Shown: positions 1 to 11,740, numbered from the stretch's first letter. The stretch: 24,646 nucleotides of DNA from Octopus sinensis (GCF_006345805.1 NW_021836382.1:1-24646), one strand, 5' to 3'. Numbers and translations are program-made. Notes: generated by a model not told the origin, from the letters alone.

Positions 1-2005
1 CATGTCTGAGAGGGCCATTATGAACAGTAGCGGTCCCAAAACAGTGCCCTGCGGAACACCGCTCACTATTTGCGTGTTAATGGAAGTGGCCCCATTGGCT
101 ACTACCACCTGACTTCTATCCTTCAGAAAGTCATGAAGCCATTCTCCAATTTCCAACTATGCCAAGATCACGCAGTTTGTGACATATCATTCCATGATCG
201 ACTTTATCAAAGGCCTTTGCAAAGTCGAGATATATCACTTCCACATTTGAGTGGTTGAGCAGACGTTTCAGCACCCAGTCATAGTGTTGTAGGAGCTGAG
301 TTAAGCAGCTTCTTCCTGGTCGGAAACCATGTTGGGTGTCTGACAGCAAGTCATTTTCTTCACGGAAGGTGATTAGTTTCCTTCTGACTATTCGTTCCAT
401 GACCTTGCTGATGTGTAAGGTCAGAGAGATAGGTCTGTAGTTCTTGGCCTCCGCTCTGCTACCTCCTTTATGAATATGGCATATTTTACCTTCCTTCAGT
501 TTTCTTGGAAGTTTGCCAGTTGCAAGGAAGCTCTGAAAGAGGAACTGCAGTGGTCTTGCTAGGACTCTCTTACATACTTTTAGAAGGATTGCCGGGAATC
601 CATCGGGGCCAGTAGCTGAGTTTGTTTTCATTTCATCAATAGCCTTTATTACATCGTCTTCCTTTACATTGATGTAATCAATCATCGCTGCCTCTGATTT
701 TATATCTGCAGTGATAAAGAAGTCAGTTGGATTGCTGATTTGGAAATGCCCAAGGGGTGGAGTGAAAACACTCTTGAATTGCTCATTTAGTATTTCACTT
801 ACCCTCATTGGATTTCCTGTGAGTGTGCCATCCTTTTCAAGGAGTGGTCCTATCCTACAGTGCACCGTAGCTGTTTCTTTGGCATACATGTAGAAAGCTC
901 TGGGGTTAGATTTTATGTTGTCTATAGCCCAGGCTTCTTTGTCTGCTCTTTCCTTTTCATGGGAGAGTTGCGGACATTTTTCAATTTCCAACAGCTTTAT
1001 TTTCAGACGGGAATTTCACTGCTTTCAATTTGTTTGTTTAGGCGATTTGAAACTTTTGTACGCCGTCTCATTAGAATTTTCCTCTCTCTGGGGATTTCGT
1101 TCTTGTGTACAGTGGCCTTTGTCTCTGGAACACATTTGTAGCATATGGCTTGCATTACAGACATGAATTGTTGAAGTTTCATGTCGATGTCTGGCGAGGA
1201 GAGACATTCAGGCCAGTTTTGTTTGAGGATCTCTTTCTCAATTTGTTTCCAGTTTGCCTTATGGAAGTTCAAGCTGGAAAGATTCTAAGAGTTTCTTGTA
1301 GGCTGCATGTCCATGCTTTCCTTTGGCCCGTACATGGTCAGCTCTACCATGTTGTGATCCGAGCGTAGTGACGGTGCCACCTCACATTATGGATGAGATC
1401 CATATATTTGTGAAGCAGAGATCCAGTATGTTACCTGCCTGGTTGGTTGGAGTATTACTTGCTCCATGTACGGGTGTTGATGAGGTTCAGGAGGGACCTC
1501 GCCTGTCCTCGTTCACATCGTGTCATTCCTGGGAGAGAAAGGCCCTCGGGCCATCTGACATGGGTAGATTGAAGTCTCCCATAAGAAGTACACTTATGTG
1601 TTGTTCTAATGTGACTAGAACTTCTATTTTTATTAGGCAGTCTTCAAACTTGCCTACATGGCTTGGGGCATCTGGAGGGCGATATGTAGCACACACAACT
1701 ACACCAAGTTGCCTTATATGTACAATTAGTGTGTCACACACCGAGTTTGAGTATGACAAAAGAACCTGGGGTGTGAGGTCCTCACGGATGTACATAGCAA
1801 CTCCTCCATGACTCCTTTCTTTTCTGTCGGTCCGTAGTACAACATACTGTGGTATGTGTAATTCCGCATCTGCTATGTCCGGTTTCATGTGCGTTTCCGT
1901 AAGTGCTATGCATAAGGCTTGATTGCATGCAACAAAGTCTCTCTAGAACGGGATTTTTGTCCTATTACTGAGTGTTAGCAGTCCTCTGATGTTCAGTAGG
2001 AGCAT
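1..2005 (-). pseudogene. LINE ORF2 (APE endonuclease + reverse transcriptase), frameshifted
   Basis: Starts MLLLNIRGL (ATG 2005-2003). Split across track ORFs 1943-2149 (end), 1523-1888, 1003-1272, 131-991 and the terminal 1-135 frame. Confidence 0.92.
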
Positions 2006-2112
2006 CGAGGTGAGGTGTATGCTGTTGCCGGCAGTGTCCACCTTGGGTCTATTTGCTGTGGCGGTCTTGTGTATTGTGGATAGTCCCATCTGCGAGTTTG
2101 AGTTTGATGGAG

Positions 2113-2931
2113 CTAGGTTAGCTGCGGTACAATATTTTGTGCCATGCACAAAAAAGATTCTTGTTCAGCAGCTGCCCTTTCAATAACATTTTGGCGGTTT
2201 GTAGCATGCACCACATCTGCGTACCTCCGTTTTGGGGCAGGTGGTGCGTGGTCCATTCCTTTTCCTTTTGGTAGTTGGTTTCTGACCTGTTTCCAGTTTA
2301 TGTGGCAGGGTCTTTGATGTGCAAAACGGCAGTCTGCACCTTCCTCTCCATGCCAGCAGTCACCTTTCATGTAGAATTTACATATTCTTGTGCGCTGTCT
2401 GTTTCTATCCCTTTTGGTACATGGATAGTCAGGTTTGCTTCTATCCTTGGCTGTTTCATCTTTTGGTTTTGTTTGAGTTTTAGTTTTTCCATCTTTAGCT
2501 GTTTCATCTTTTGTTCTTCTTTTCGTTTTTCCTCCTTTTATTTCTTTTTTGGCTCTTTCATCTCCATGGCTTTTGGTGCTGGTAGAAGCACTTACACTTG
2601 GGTTTTCTTCCCGGGCAGGTTTCTCACTTGAATGTTCTTCCTGGGTGTTTACCAAGTGGGAGTGACATCTTTCATTAGCACCCGCGCCTTCATCCTTGCC
2701 ATCTTTACTTTGTTCGTTGTCAAAGATGGCAACAAGCGTGCCAATATGAGATCTTATGAGTGCATAGGAGCGTATAAACTCCTGCTTTTTTCGCTCTATC
2801 TGCGCTATCGTTCTTTTATATCCACTGCTCTTCAGCGCAGCTGTAATTATATTGTTCGGATTATCTCCGTCGACGCATTACCAGGCTCTCAGGAACAACG
2901 CTAATTCGTTACTTCTCCAGGTTCTGGACAT
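2113..2931 (-). pseudogene. LINE ORF1 remnant with CCCH zinc finger
   Basis: CKFYMKGDCWHGEEGADCRFAH (C-x7-C-x8-C-x3-H) at 2382-2317, preceded by a K/E/T-rich low-complexity stretch with KDETAKD twice. The upstream part (2656-2931) is broken by stops and frameshifts. Confidence 0.7.
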
Positions 2932-3143
2932 TTTGATATTTTATTTATTTATCTATCTAATTATATTAATTTATATTAATGTAATAGTGCGATAGAGGGT
3001 AGAGAAGAAATAGAGAGAGAAGGCGCGAGGGAGAGAAGTGAAGAGACAGAGAGAGAGAGAGAAGAAATAGAAAATGAATATATATCTGTCCGTAGCTACA
3101 GACAATTTCTTCTAAACTAAACTAATTGCGACTATGCTTCTAA

Positions 3144-3180
3144 CACACACACACATACATACACACACACACACACACAC

Positions 3181-3218
<38 letters not shown>

Positions 3219-3245
3219 CATATACATGCACATACACATATATAA
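3144..3245. repeat. (AC)n/(AT)n microsatellite
   Basis: Directly visible dinucleotide runs. Confidence 0.95.
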
Positions 3246-3722
3246 ACAAAGTAACAAATAAATATATAAATAAATAGATGTAACGGAGCTAAAACAGAAA
3301 CCGAAAGATTATTACAGAATGTAAACAGAGAATAGGCCCTTACATTGAATTACGGGAAAATAAATAAATGAAAAGTGGTACTTATCTTATAAGAGGTAGA
3401 AGTCCCAAAATCTTCTCCCTATACGAAGAGGTTTTTTCAAAAAAAGAAAAGAAAAACGGTTCTTTTTGCTGTTAGAGTCGACTTGAAATAAATTTAAAAT
3501 ATGTCACGACGTGCTTTTTTCGACGGGGAATCTGTTGTGCGTAATTAACTTTAGTGTAATATATTTGGCTTGTAGCGAAATATATTGCGGTTTTTAACCA
3601 AAATATCATAGTACATCGCTATGAGATAGCAAGTTCTACGTTTTTTATGAGTTTTCGCCGATTATTTCGTCGATTTATGCAAACCTTTTTCTTTTTTTAT
3701 CACAGAGCAAAGCAACACGTCT

Positions 3723-3881
3723 TTACTCTCTCTCTCTTCTCTCTCTCTCTCTCTCTCTCCACACACATATATTATATATATATATATTATATATATATAT
3801 ATAGATATATAATATCTTAATATATAATATATATATATATATAATAAATATATCTATATATATATATATAGTATTATATAT

Positions 3882-3917
<36 letters not shown>

Positions 3918-3955
3918 CACAGATAGATAGATACATACATACATACATACATATT
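3723..3955. repeat. Compound microsatellite (CT)n-(AT)n-(GATA)n-(CATA)n
   Basis: Directly visible. Confidence 0.95.
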
Positions 3956-4174
3956 AATGCTCTTAGCTTAGTTTTTCCTTGGAGCTGGCTAGATTGGAGC
4001 AATCTCAAGTATAATCAGCCGAAATCGCGAAGATAATCTGGTACTCGACTGAGGAAAGCAAACATCGAATGACCCGTCCTTGGCTTCTTTGTATCGTCTG
4101 TCTGTATGGTATGTGGTCTCATTCTTGCATCACCTAACTGTCCGGATTTTTTTGCGCTTTTGTTCCATTTTGTA

Positions 4175-4204
4175 TATATATATAATATATTATATATATA
4201 TAAT

Positions 4205-4243
<39 letters not shown>

Positions 4244-4311
4244 CTATATATGTATATATATAATATATATATTGTATATATATATTATATATAATATATA
4301 TATATATATAT

Positions 4312-4350
<39 letters not shown>

Positions 4351-4400
4351 CATATATATATACATATATATACGCATATATATATATGTGTGTGTCTATA
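4175..4400. repeat. Imperfect (AT)n microsatellite
   Basis: Directly visible. Confidence 0.95.
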
Positions 4401-4402
4401 TA

Positions 4403-4780
4403 GGCATAGGACTGGGTGTGTGGTAAGTAGCTTGCTTACCAACCATAAGATTTTGGGTTTATTCCCACTGCGTGGCACCTTGGACCAGTGTCTTCTACTA
4501 TAGTCTCTGGCCGACCAAACTCTTGTGAGTGAATTTGGTAGACGGAAACTGAAAGAAGCCCGTCGTATATATATGTAAACGTATATATATATATGTATGT
4601 GTGTGTATATGTTTGTGTGTCTGTGTTTGTCCCCCCCCCCCCAACATCGCTTGACGAGACCGATAGAATAAGTACTAGGCTTACAAAATATAAGGCCTGG
4701 GGTCGATTTGCTCGACTAAAAGTCGGAGCTCAAGCATGGCCGCAGTCAAATGACTGAAACAAGTAAAAGAGTTAAAGAGT
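4403..4780 (+). mobile_element. SINE family A copy A1 (tRNA-like head, CORE-like accttgg-caagtg, internal microsatellite, tail ending gtaaaaga)
   Basis: Collinear with copies at 11741 and 20087; about 50 nt internal deletion after atcgcttgac. Confidence 0.9.
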
Positions 4781-4861
4781 ATATATACACATATATATAT
4801 AAATACATATGTAAACATTGTGCAGTTGAATAACGGTCTTAGGTTTTAACTGAGAATATTT

Positions 4862-4907
<46 letters not shown>

Positions 4908-5042
4908 ATATATATATATATATATATGCATGTATGACCTCTACCATTAATAATGCCACATCTTTCATCATTTTCATCATCGTCTCTTTTATCAAGATAT
5001 TCATAATCGCCACAATCACAATCACGATCTGCGCCAAGTCGT

Positions 5043-5109
5043 TGCTGCTGCTGCTGCTGCTGCTGCGGCTGATGATGACGACGACGATGACGACGATGAT
5101 GATGACGAC

Positions 5110-5152
<43 letters not shown>

Positions 5153-5420
5153 ACGATGATGATGATGACGATGATGAATGATGATGATGATGATGATGAT
5201 GATGACGATGATGATGATGATGATGATGATTATGATGATGACAACGACGACAACGAGACGGAGAGTTAGAAAGAAACTTATACCAATCATCATCATCGTT
5301 GTCGTCGTCACCATCATCATCACCAACATCATCATCATCATTATCTTATCATCATCATCATCAGCAATCCTCCAACTCCTCCACCTCCTCCTCATCATCA
5401 TCATCCTCATCGTCATCATA
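5043..5420. repeat. Compound trinucleotide tract (CTG)n-(GAT/GAC)n-spacer-(CAT)n
   Basis: Directly visible; source of the poly-Q/H/D/M/I ORFs in the track. Confidence 0.95.
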
Positions 5421-5699
5421 GCTTTTGTGCTTAAACATACTTTCCCGACCATTGCGGCGGTGTAAAAAAAAAAAAAAAAAAAAAGAGAGTGAGAAATAAC
5501 GAAATGCATTGACAATAAGTAAATAGAGAATACGCCAATGATAACTCTATCAACGCTTTTTTTTTTTTCATATTCAGTTAGATTTAGGGGAAAGATGAAA
5601 ACTCGTTGCCAGAGTATAAAAATATAACAAAAAAAAGATTTGAAACAATATTTGTGATATATGCCAACATTAACTAAGGCGCTAATCCAAACGTTACAC

Positions 5700-5912
5700 A
5701 CGCACGTGAGCACACACATACACGCAAACATGCACATATTCACATATATACATGTGAGTGTATGTATATGTATATTCACACATATGCGTGTGCGAATGCG
5801 TTGTTAAGTATAATATATATATATATATATATGTGTGTATGTGTGTGTGTATGTGTATGTGTGTGTGTGTGTGTTTGTGAATGTACATGTGTTTGTGTGT
5901 ATGTGTGTGTGG

Positions 5913-5957
<45 letters not shown>

Positions 5958-6086
5958 CGCAAAAATGTCCGCTGAGATTCATAACATCTATATGGCCTTC
6001 GAAACATAAACTGCCGTTATAGCCATGTATATGTGTATATGTGTATATATATTGCGTGTGTATATGTGTTATATATATATATATAT

Positions 6087-6184
<98 letters not shown>

Positions 6185-6250
6185 TATATATATATATATA
6201 TATTTATATCTAATATATAATGGATATTATATATATATATATATATATAT
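5700..6250. repeat. (TG)n/(AT)n microsatellite cluster with a short unique spacer
   Basis: Directly visible. Confidence 0.9.
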
Positions 6251-6877
6251 TTATTTATTTCTACATAGACATATATACATATCTATATACTGATATGTAA
6301 GCACATATACATACACGAAATCCAACACACACGCATATACATAATAAAAAAAATTATTGTGCATTCACATATATTTTTTTGTTGCCAAATTCCATTCTCT
6401 TCCGCTACCAATCCTTGTTACCAAAGATAATAACTGTTGACGTTTCTGGAATCCATCGCCCACAAAATAGGAAAGAATTTTGTTTTAATAAATCATATAA
6501 TAGCAGCTTATATTACCTCCGATCCATTTTTTGTTCCTTTTGGTTTTCGGGGCCATGATGGCGTATATTATACCATCCTTTATCAGTTTACACGTACGCC
6601 ATTCCTTGTTTTACATTATTTGCAATGTTCAAGCAGTTATTGAAACTTACTCAATATCCGAAATTATGAAAATTCTTTTAGCCATTCAGCGAGTATTGTA
6701 CCTTAAAACAGAGACCGCTTAGTCAATGTATACATAGAAATATTCCATTAACTCTATATATTTATTATGTCATTGCATTGTTTAATGTTGCCGTGGCTGT
6801 ACTTTTTTTTCGCTCTGCGTCTTCTAATGTTTTTGTTTTTTATTTCTGCTGTTCACTATCTTAAATATGTTAAAATA

Positions 6878-7042
6878 GGCGTAGGCATGGTTCTGTGCTG
6901 CACAAGGTCGCTTTGCATCTACCTGATTTCCGGTTCAATCGCACTGCATGGCTGCTTGGGCAAATATCTTCTACTATTTCCAAATACGCACCAATGCTTT
7001 CTAAGTGAATTTGGCTCACGGAGACTCTGTGGTGTCACGTGA
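6878..7042 (+). mobile_element. Old diverged SINE A-like 5' half
   Basis: ggcgtaggcatgg...cactgcatggctgcttgggcaaatatcttctactat...accaatgctttctaagtgaatttgg aligns by eye to the A head and CORE-like part. Confidence 0.6.
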
Positions 7043-7089
7043 TATATATACATATATATATATATATATATTAATAATATATATATATA

Positions 7090-7225
7090 CATTATTTCCA
7101 TCGCAAGGATATTTGTCATGATCATGTTTGTTTTTAACGTTTCGGCTGATACAACCTCCAGCTTTCATTAGGTGTCTTGGGAAATTTCGAACCTGGGTTC
7201 TGATTCCTAAGGTTAATTTCGATGA

Positions 7226-7271
<46 letters not shown>

Positions 7272-7343
7272 TTCACTGCCTGGAATTGAACTCGGAATCT
7301 TGGTGTTAGTAGCCCGCGCTCGTAACTACTACGATATATGCCT
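7090..7343 (-). mobile_element. Composite element: tRNA-like head + (TAA)n + decayed hammerhead-like motif
   Basis: Minus strand reads ggcatatatcgtagtagtta (A-box-like)...gagttcaattcc (B-box), then (TAA)n at 7226-7268, then acac-CTAATGA-a-agctg-loop-cagcc-GAAA-cgtt. Confidence 0.55.
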
Positions 7344-7549
7344 GTAATATATATATATATATACACCGATGTTTCATCAACGGAAGAGTCTAGTGTACTC
7401 CATATGTATATCCAGTAGTACTCCGGGTGGAATGCTGGTGGGTAGTTAAGGAGAGGTGCGGAAATTTTAGGTAGAATTAAATCCGAAGTGTAGCAGGATA
7501 AAACAATCGTCATGATTGCCCACTAACACCTCTTTATTTCCACGTGATC

Positions 7550-7659
7550 ATTTCTGTTGAAGAGTGTAAGCTCGAAACGTAAAAGACTTTCTCACCTTCC
7601 CGAGCGTCAAACTAATACACCTGCGTGTTGTTTATACACCTGTCTTCGTCTTCTGTTTT

Positions 7660-7662
<3 letters not shown>
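7550..7662 (+). mobile_element. Short repeat with decayed hammerhead-like core, related to the 21431-21637 element
   Basis: ttt-CTGTTGA-a-gag-tgtaag-ctc-GAAA-cgta-aaa, followed by ttcc-gagcgtc-aa shared with the minus strand of 21431-21637. Confidence 0.55.
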
Positions 7663-7697
<35 letters not shown>

Positions 7698-7832
7698 ATT
7701 ATCTATCTATCTATCTATCTATATTATCTATCTATCTATCTATTATATCTATCTATTCTATCTATATATATATATATATATTATATATATCAATATTTAA
7801 TAGAGACAAAACACTATTATGCCAAATCAAAC

Positions 7833-7864
<32 letters not shown>

Positions 7865-7875
7865 TATATATATAC
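7662..7875. repeat. (CTAT)n then (AT)n microsatellite
   Basis: Directly visible. Confidence 0.95.
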
Positions 7876-7882
7876 ATGTATG

Positions 7883-8795
7883 TCAAGATTTCTTGCCAAT
7901 AGGGAAGAGCCGGTTTCTTACCCAGATCCAAGGCTTCTTCATTGGAATTTCGACATCAACAACAGGGTATGTATGTATGTATGTATGTATGTATGTATGT
8001 ATATGTGCACATTTGTATGCTTTGCTTTATGTACGTATTCGCGTGCATATACTTGGATATCTAGAATTGCTCATATGTATTTAAATGATAAACTTCTGGA
8101 AAGTCTTACAGATTTGTACAGTTCCAGTGATGGATTGAATCTGTAGTCTTCGAATTAGCTCTTCCGCTTCTGGTTTTGAGAAGCCTAATTTTTCAAGATT
8201 GGTATTTAAGCAGTGTGTTACATATCACAGGGCCCCAATAATTACAGGTGTAAACCTAAAACTTGTTGTCTGGATAGAGTAATTGCAGATTTCTCAATAG
8301 TCCAGCGTCGGTATTCTCTTTTTCACTGATCTTCAGCTTTATGTTAACACCCGTTGGTACACAGTTTCTCTTCTCTACCCCAAATCATTATATCAGGACT
8401 GTGGTGCTTTCATTTTCTGGAGGTCTTCACTGGAACATTCCACTAGTATTCAATTTTCATTATAAATGGCCATGGCTTCTACAATATTATGGGTTCTTAT
8501 TTCTTTGTCCTCAGGCCTCAGGATTATCCTTCTGACGGATTTCATTATACAGTCTCCTAGCTACAGCATCATGTCTCATTGGCAGATAAAACCGTGATGA
8601 CATTTTAGACCACTGCTTATGATGTGGGTCATATCTTCAGTGTTGACTCCACAATGTCTGCATCGGTTGTCATATTTTACTGCTTTTCCTGCATCTCTAT
8701 CCCTTTTGCGTATCAGGTACTTGGTAGACATTTCCTGATCCTGGATTGCAAACGCATACCTTTCAAAGTGAGAGGTTGTAATCCAGCTGTTGGTC
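7883..8795 (-). mobile_element. R4/Dong-like RLE non-LTR retrotransposon, 5'-truncated 3' fragment (pseudogene 8795-8081 plus putative 3' UTR)
   Basis: Manual minus-strand translation across frameshifts: YAFAIQDQEMSTKY...CRHC...HIIS...RHDAVA...PDIMIW...FTPVIIGA...KTFQKFII-stop (8081). This is the CCHC knuckle/RHD/PD signature of restriction-like endonuclease LINEs. catgtatg flanks both ends (7875-7882, 8796-8803). Confidence 0.8.
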
Positions 8796-8956
8796 CATGT
8801 ATGATGTATGTTTGTATGTAAGTATGTATGATGTACTGTTATATTTCAGGTTTTTTCAAAATATTCGGCGAAAAGAAGGACCATTCCAAAATATAACAAT
8901 ACCTGTTTCAACACACGGTATCACATCCGGAATTTTACAACACAAATTCATAAACG

Positions 8957-8997
<41 letters not shown>

Positions 8998-9023
8998 GCA
9001 TATATGCATGTGTGTGTGTATTG

Positions 9024-9287
9024 TTTTATACTTTTATTCTAGCTGTTTCACTCAATTGACTGCGGCCATGCTAGACCACCACCTGAAATGGTTGATTTTG
9101 GGGTCGAAGAAATTGACCTCAGCATTTATTCTTTGTAAGCCTAGTACATATTCTATCAGTCCCTTATTCCTAACTGCTAAGTTACGGAGACATAAACACC
9201 TAACATCGGTTTTCTAATTATGCTGGTGGTGGTGTAAATACACATAAATACATACATATATATTATATATATGTACATACACCACAG

Positions 9288-9323
<36 letters not shown>

Positions 9324-9506
9324 ATATAGATATATATATATATATATAATGTACAACTGGCTGCTTTCAGTTTCCGCCTACCAAATCTATTCACAAGATT
9401 TTGGTCAGCCCGGGGCTTTATTAGAAGACACTTGCTCAAAGGACTGAACCCACTCAGAACCATATGGTTGGGAAGCAAGCTTCTAACAACACAGCTAATT
9501 CTGCGT
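9024..9506 (-). mobile_element. SINE A copy A2 (diverged)
   Basis: Tail gactgcggccatgctag, internal AT microsatellite, ttcagtttccgcctaccaaat and head aagcaagcttctaacaacacagc. Confidence 0.8.
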
Positions 9507-9574
9507 AAACAGACACACACCCAGTGACTGTTCGTTATTTCACGTTTATGGCAGCGTTTTGTCAAATAGCGGCT

Positions 9575-9686
9575 GATAAATGTACCAGACTTTAAAAAGC
9601 TAAGTACTGGTTTGATTTGTTCGGCTAAAATACTCAAAGACGATGGCCCAGTATGGCACAGTCCAGTGACTGCAAGTAAAAAAAAA
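9575..9686 (+). mobile_element. Diverged SINE A-type 3' tail fragment
   Basis: taagtactgg..gatttgttcggctaaaa..cccagtatggcacagtccagtgactg; retains the cagtc/gactg hairpin. Confidence 0.6.
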
Positions 9687-10203
9687 TAGAGCATTAACTA
9701 AACTATTGTTCTGTAGACAGATGGTAATTCTGAGCAGATGACCTCAATGATGAACTTCGTTGTTAATATGCCGAATTTCCATTCCTACACGTGTACAAAG
9801 TTGCCCGTCCAGTTAGTCATTGGTTCTTAATTGCTTTGGTTAAGCGCTGCTGAAAGTCTTAATAAAACTGAAACGTGTTTTGGCAAACAATTGGAATATT
9901 AATAATTGAGCTCATGCTTTTCGTCCTTCATTACAAAAGTTTTATCATTTGATTTTAATGCTCACAAAATAAAATATGTTAATATCAATTCATTAGGTAA
10001 TTAGCATGTATCATCAGAAAACTTTTTGAGTATCTCATACATTATATGTTTGTAGTTTCCATTATTAAAGTAGCGAGATATCTCGTCCGTGTGTCTGCTC
10101 TTGTAGTCTCCGGGTCGACTAATGCTCGTTTCTGGAATTTAGTAGGCGCAAAAGTTGACGAAGTCTAGTGTGTATGTGTGTGTGTGTGTGTGTGTGTGTA
10201 CAT

Positions 10204-10573
10204 TACTCTTTTATTTCTTTCAGTCATTTGACTGTAGCCATGCTGGAGCACGGCTTTTAGTCGAAGAAAGCGACCCCAGGACTTATTTTTTGTAAGCCTA
10301 GTACTTATTCTATCGGTCTCTTTTGCCGAATCGCTAAGTTACGGGGACGTAAAAACAAAAGCGATGCTGGGGGACAAACGCAGACACGCAAACATATACA
10401 CACACAAACATACATATTTATATGCATATTTACGACGGGCTTCTTTCAGTTTCCGTCTACCAAATCCACTCACAAGGCCTTGGTCGGCCCGAGGTTATAG
10501 TAGAAGACATTTGCCCAAGGTGCCACGTAGTGGGACTGAACCCAGAACCATGCGGTTGGTGAGCAAGCTACTT
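10204..10573 (-). mobile_element. SINE A copy A3 (first part of head missing)
   Basis: High similarity to A4 and A6 across tail, internal repeat and CORE-like part. Confidence 0.9.
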
Positions 10574-10737
10574 TATTTTATTCTATATCATTTGCCATAA
10601 AGGCAGCACATTGATATGTAGCTTTGAGGGCTGGACAAGACATTAATGAGGCGAATGATAATAGTACAAGATAATAAAAACGGGAGAAGACAGAAAGCGC
10701 CCGACCCTCTGCTTCTCAAAAATTCATAGATACACCA

Positions 10738-10760
10738 TATATATATATATATATATGTAT

Positions 10761-10825
<65 letters not shown>
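10738..10825. repeat. (AT)n(TG)n microsatellite
   Basis: Directly visible. Confidence 0.95.
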
Positions 10826-10830
<5 letters not shown>

Positions 10831-11740
10831 GAAGCTTGTGGAATAATTCGGCATGACCAGTAGCATATATCTGAAGAACATAGACACATACAGGTATATC
10901 AAATACCATACAATATAAATGCTTGATTTACTAAAAGCATCTCCGCTTCCAGAGGATGTGTCATTATTACCAGATGGTAACTGAGATCAACTGCACATGA
11001 GAAGTGGATGATAATCCTAAGAATGAAGAAATCTCAGGTTAAATTTGTCATAAAATTCGTCTAGACATCTAGACAAACTTTCAATTTCACTTGAGGCTTT
11101 ACTCAACCACTGAACAAAACATTTTCTCTCTGGTACTTATACAGAGTGAAAAGGAAATATTTCATTAAAAAGAAATGAATGCACAGGTGGAGAACCACAG
11201 ATGTTGTCATTCGAAATTCTTATCGAGAAATCTGAGAATTGAATGTGACCTTCAAGCTTATTTATTAGATTTTTGCTGTTGATAAAATATAGAATCCTTT
11301 TTCTTGGAATTTTAATAAGAGTAGCTCAAGCTCATTTCCTAAGCACTCTTTTCTGTTTAAATAAGCTTTCCACATTTTTTTCTAATTCTTATGTATATGT
11401 ATATGTTTGTGTTTACTTGTATGTATGTGTTTGTTTTTGTGGATATTTTTATATTTACATGTGTAAAATGGTGTTCTGTCAAAAATTTTGACTGTGATTC
11501 CAAAGAATACAAATTCCTAAAATTAAAGACTAAAATAAGTACTGGATTGATATGGCTGACCTCTTGAAGCTAGTGTCCCAACGTGACTGCCGTCAAATGA
11601 GGGAAACCAGAAAAAAGTATAATTAGATGCTGCTCTGGTGGCCCAGTAGGCCTGGGTGTTGAGAAGTAGTAATACAACACATAGGTGGTGGTTTCAAATC
11701 ACTTTCAGAAATTACAAGAGATCTAGTTAAACTTTTTATA

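Larger units (their letters stand above)
1..2931 (-). mobile_element. CR1-clade non-LTR retrotransposon (LINE), 5' portion, decayed; runs off the left edge of the window
   Basis: Minus-strand frames give, in order, an ORF1 with a CCCH finger, an APE endonuclease (LNIRGL, LTET, DRKERSHGGVAMY, YRPP, GDFN) and an RT (GPDG, NYRPISL, QHGFRPGRSC, YLDFAKAFDKVDH). My translation of 135-1 adds SGVPQGTVLGPLLF. Several frameshifts and stops. The 5' limit is approximate (ATG at 2931-2929). Confidence 0.93.

Noticed and set aside
70-2904. Plus-strand ORFs over the LINE (e.g. 1323-1811, 2275-2631)
   Set aside because: Antisense shadows of LINE coding sequence with no recognisable motifs.
4772-5779. 335-aa ORF with poly-His/Gln/Met/Ile, and overlapping poly-Asp ORFs
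   Set aside because: Open in several frames on both strands because of trinucleotide repeats; starts and ends in dinucleotide repeats; no supportable exon structure.
3723-6213. ORFs rich in IY/YI, CV, ER and TH (also near 7557, 10588, 14741, 15114, 16568, 18959, 21272)
   Set aside because: Translations of dinucleotide and tetranucleotide microsatellites, which often lack stops in some frames; no domain content.
10953-10976. Possible 24-nt micro-exon (cttccag|AGGATG...CAGATG|gtaact)
   Set aside because: AG/GT pairs with a short pyrimidine tract arise by chance and no neighbouring exons were found; only spliced RNA-seq reads could support it.
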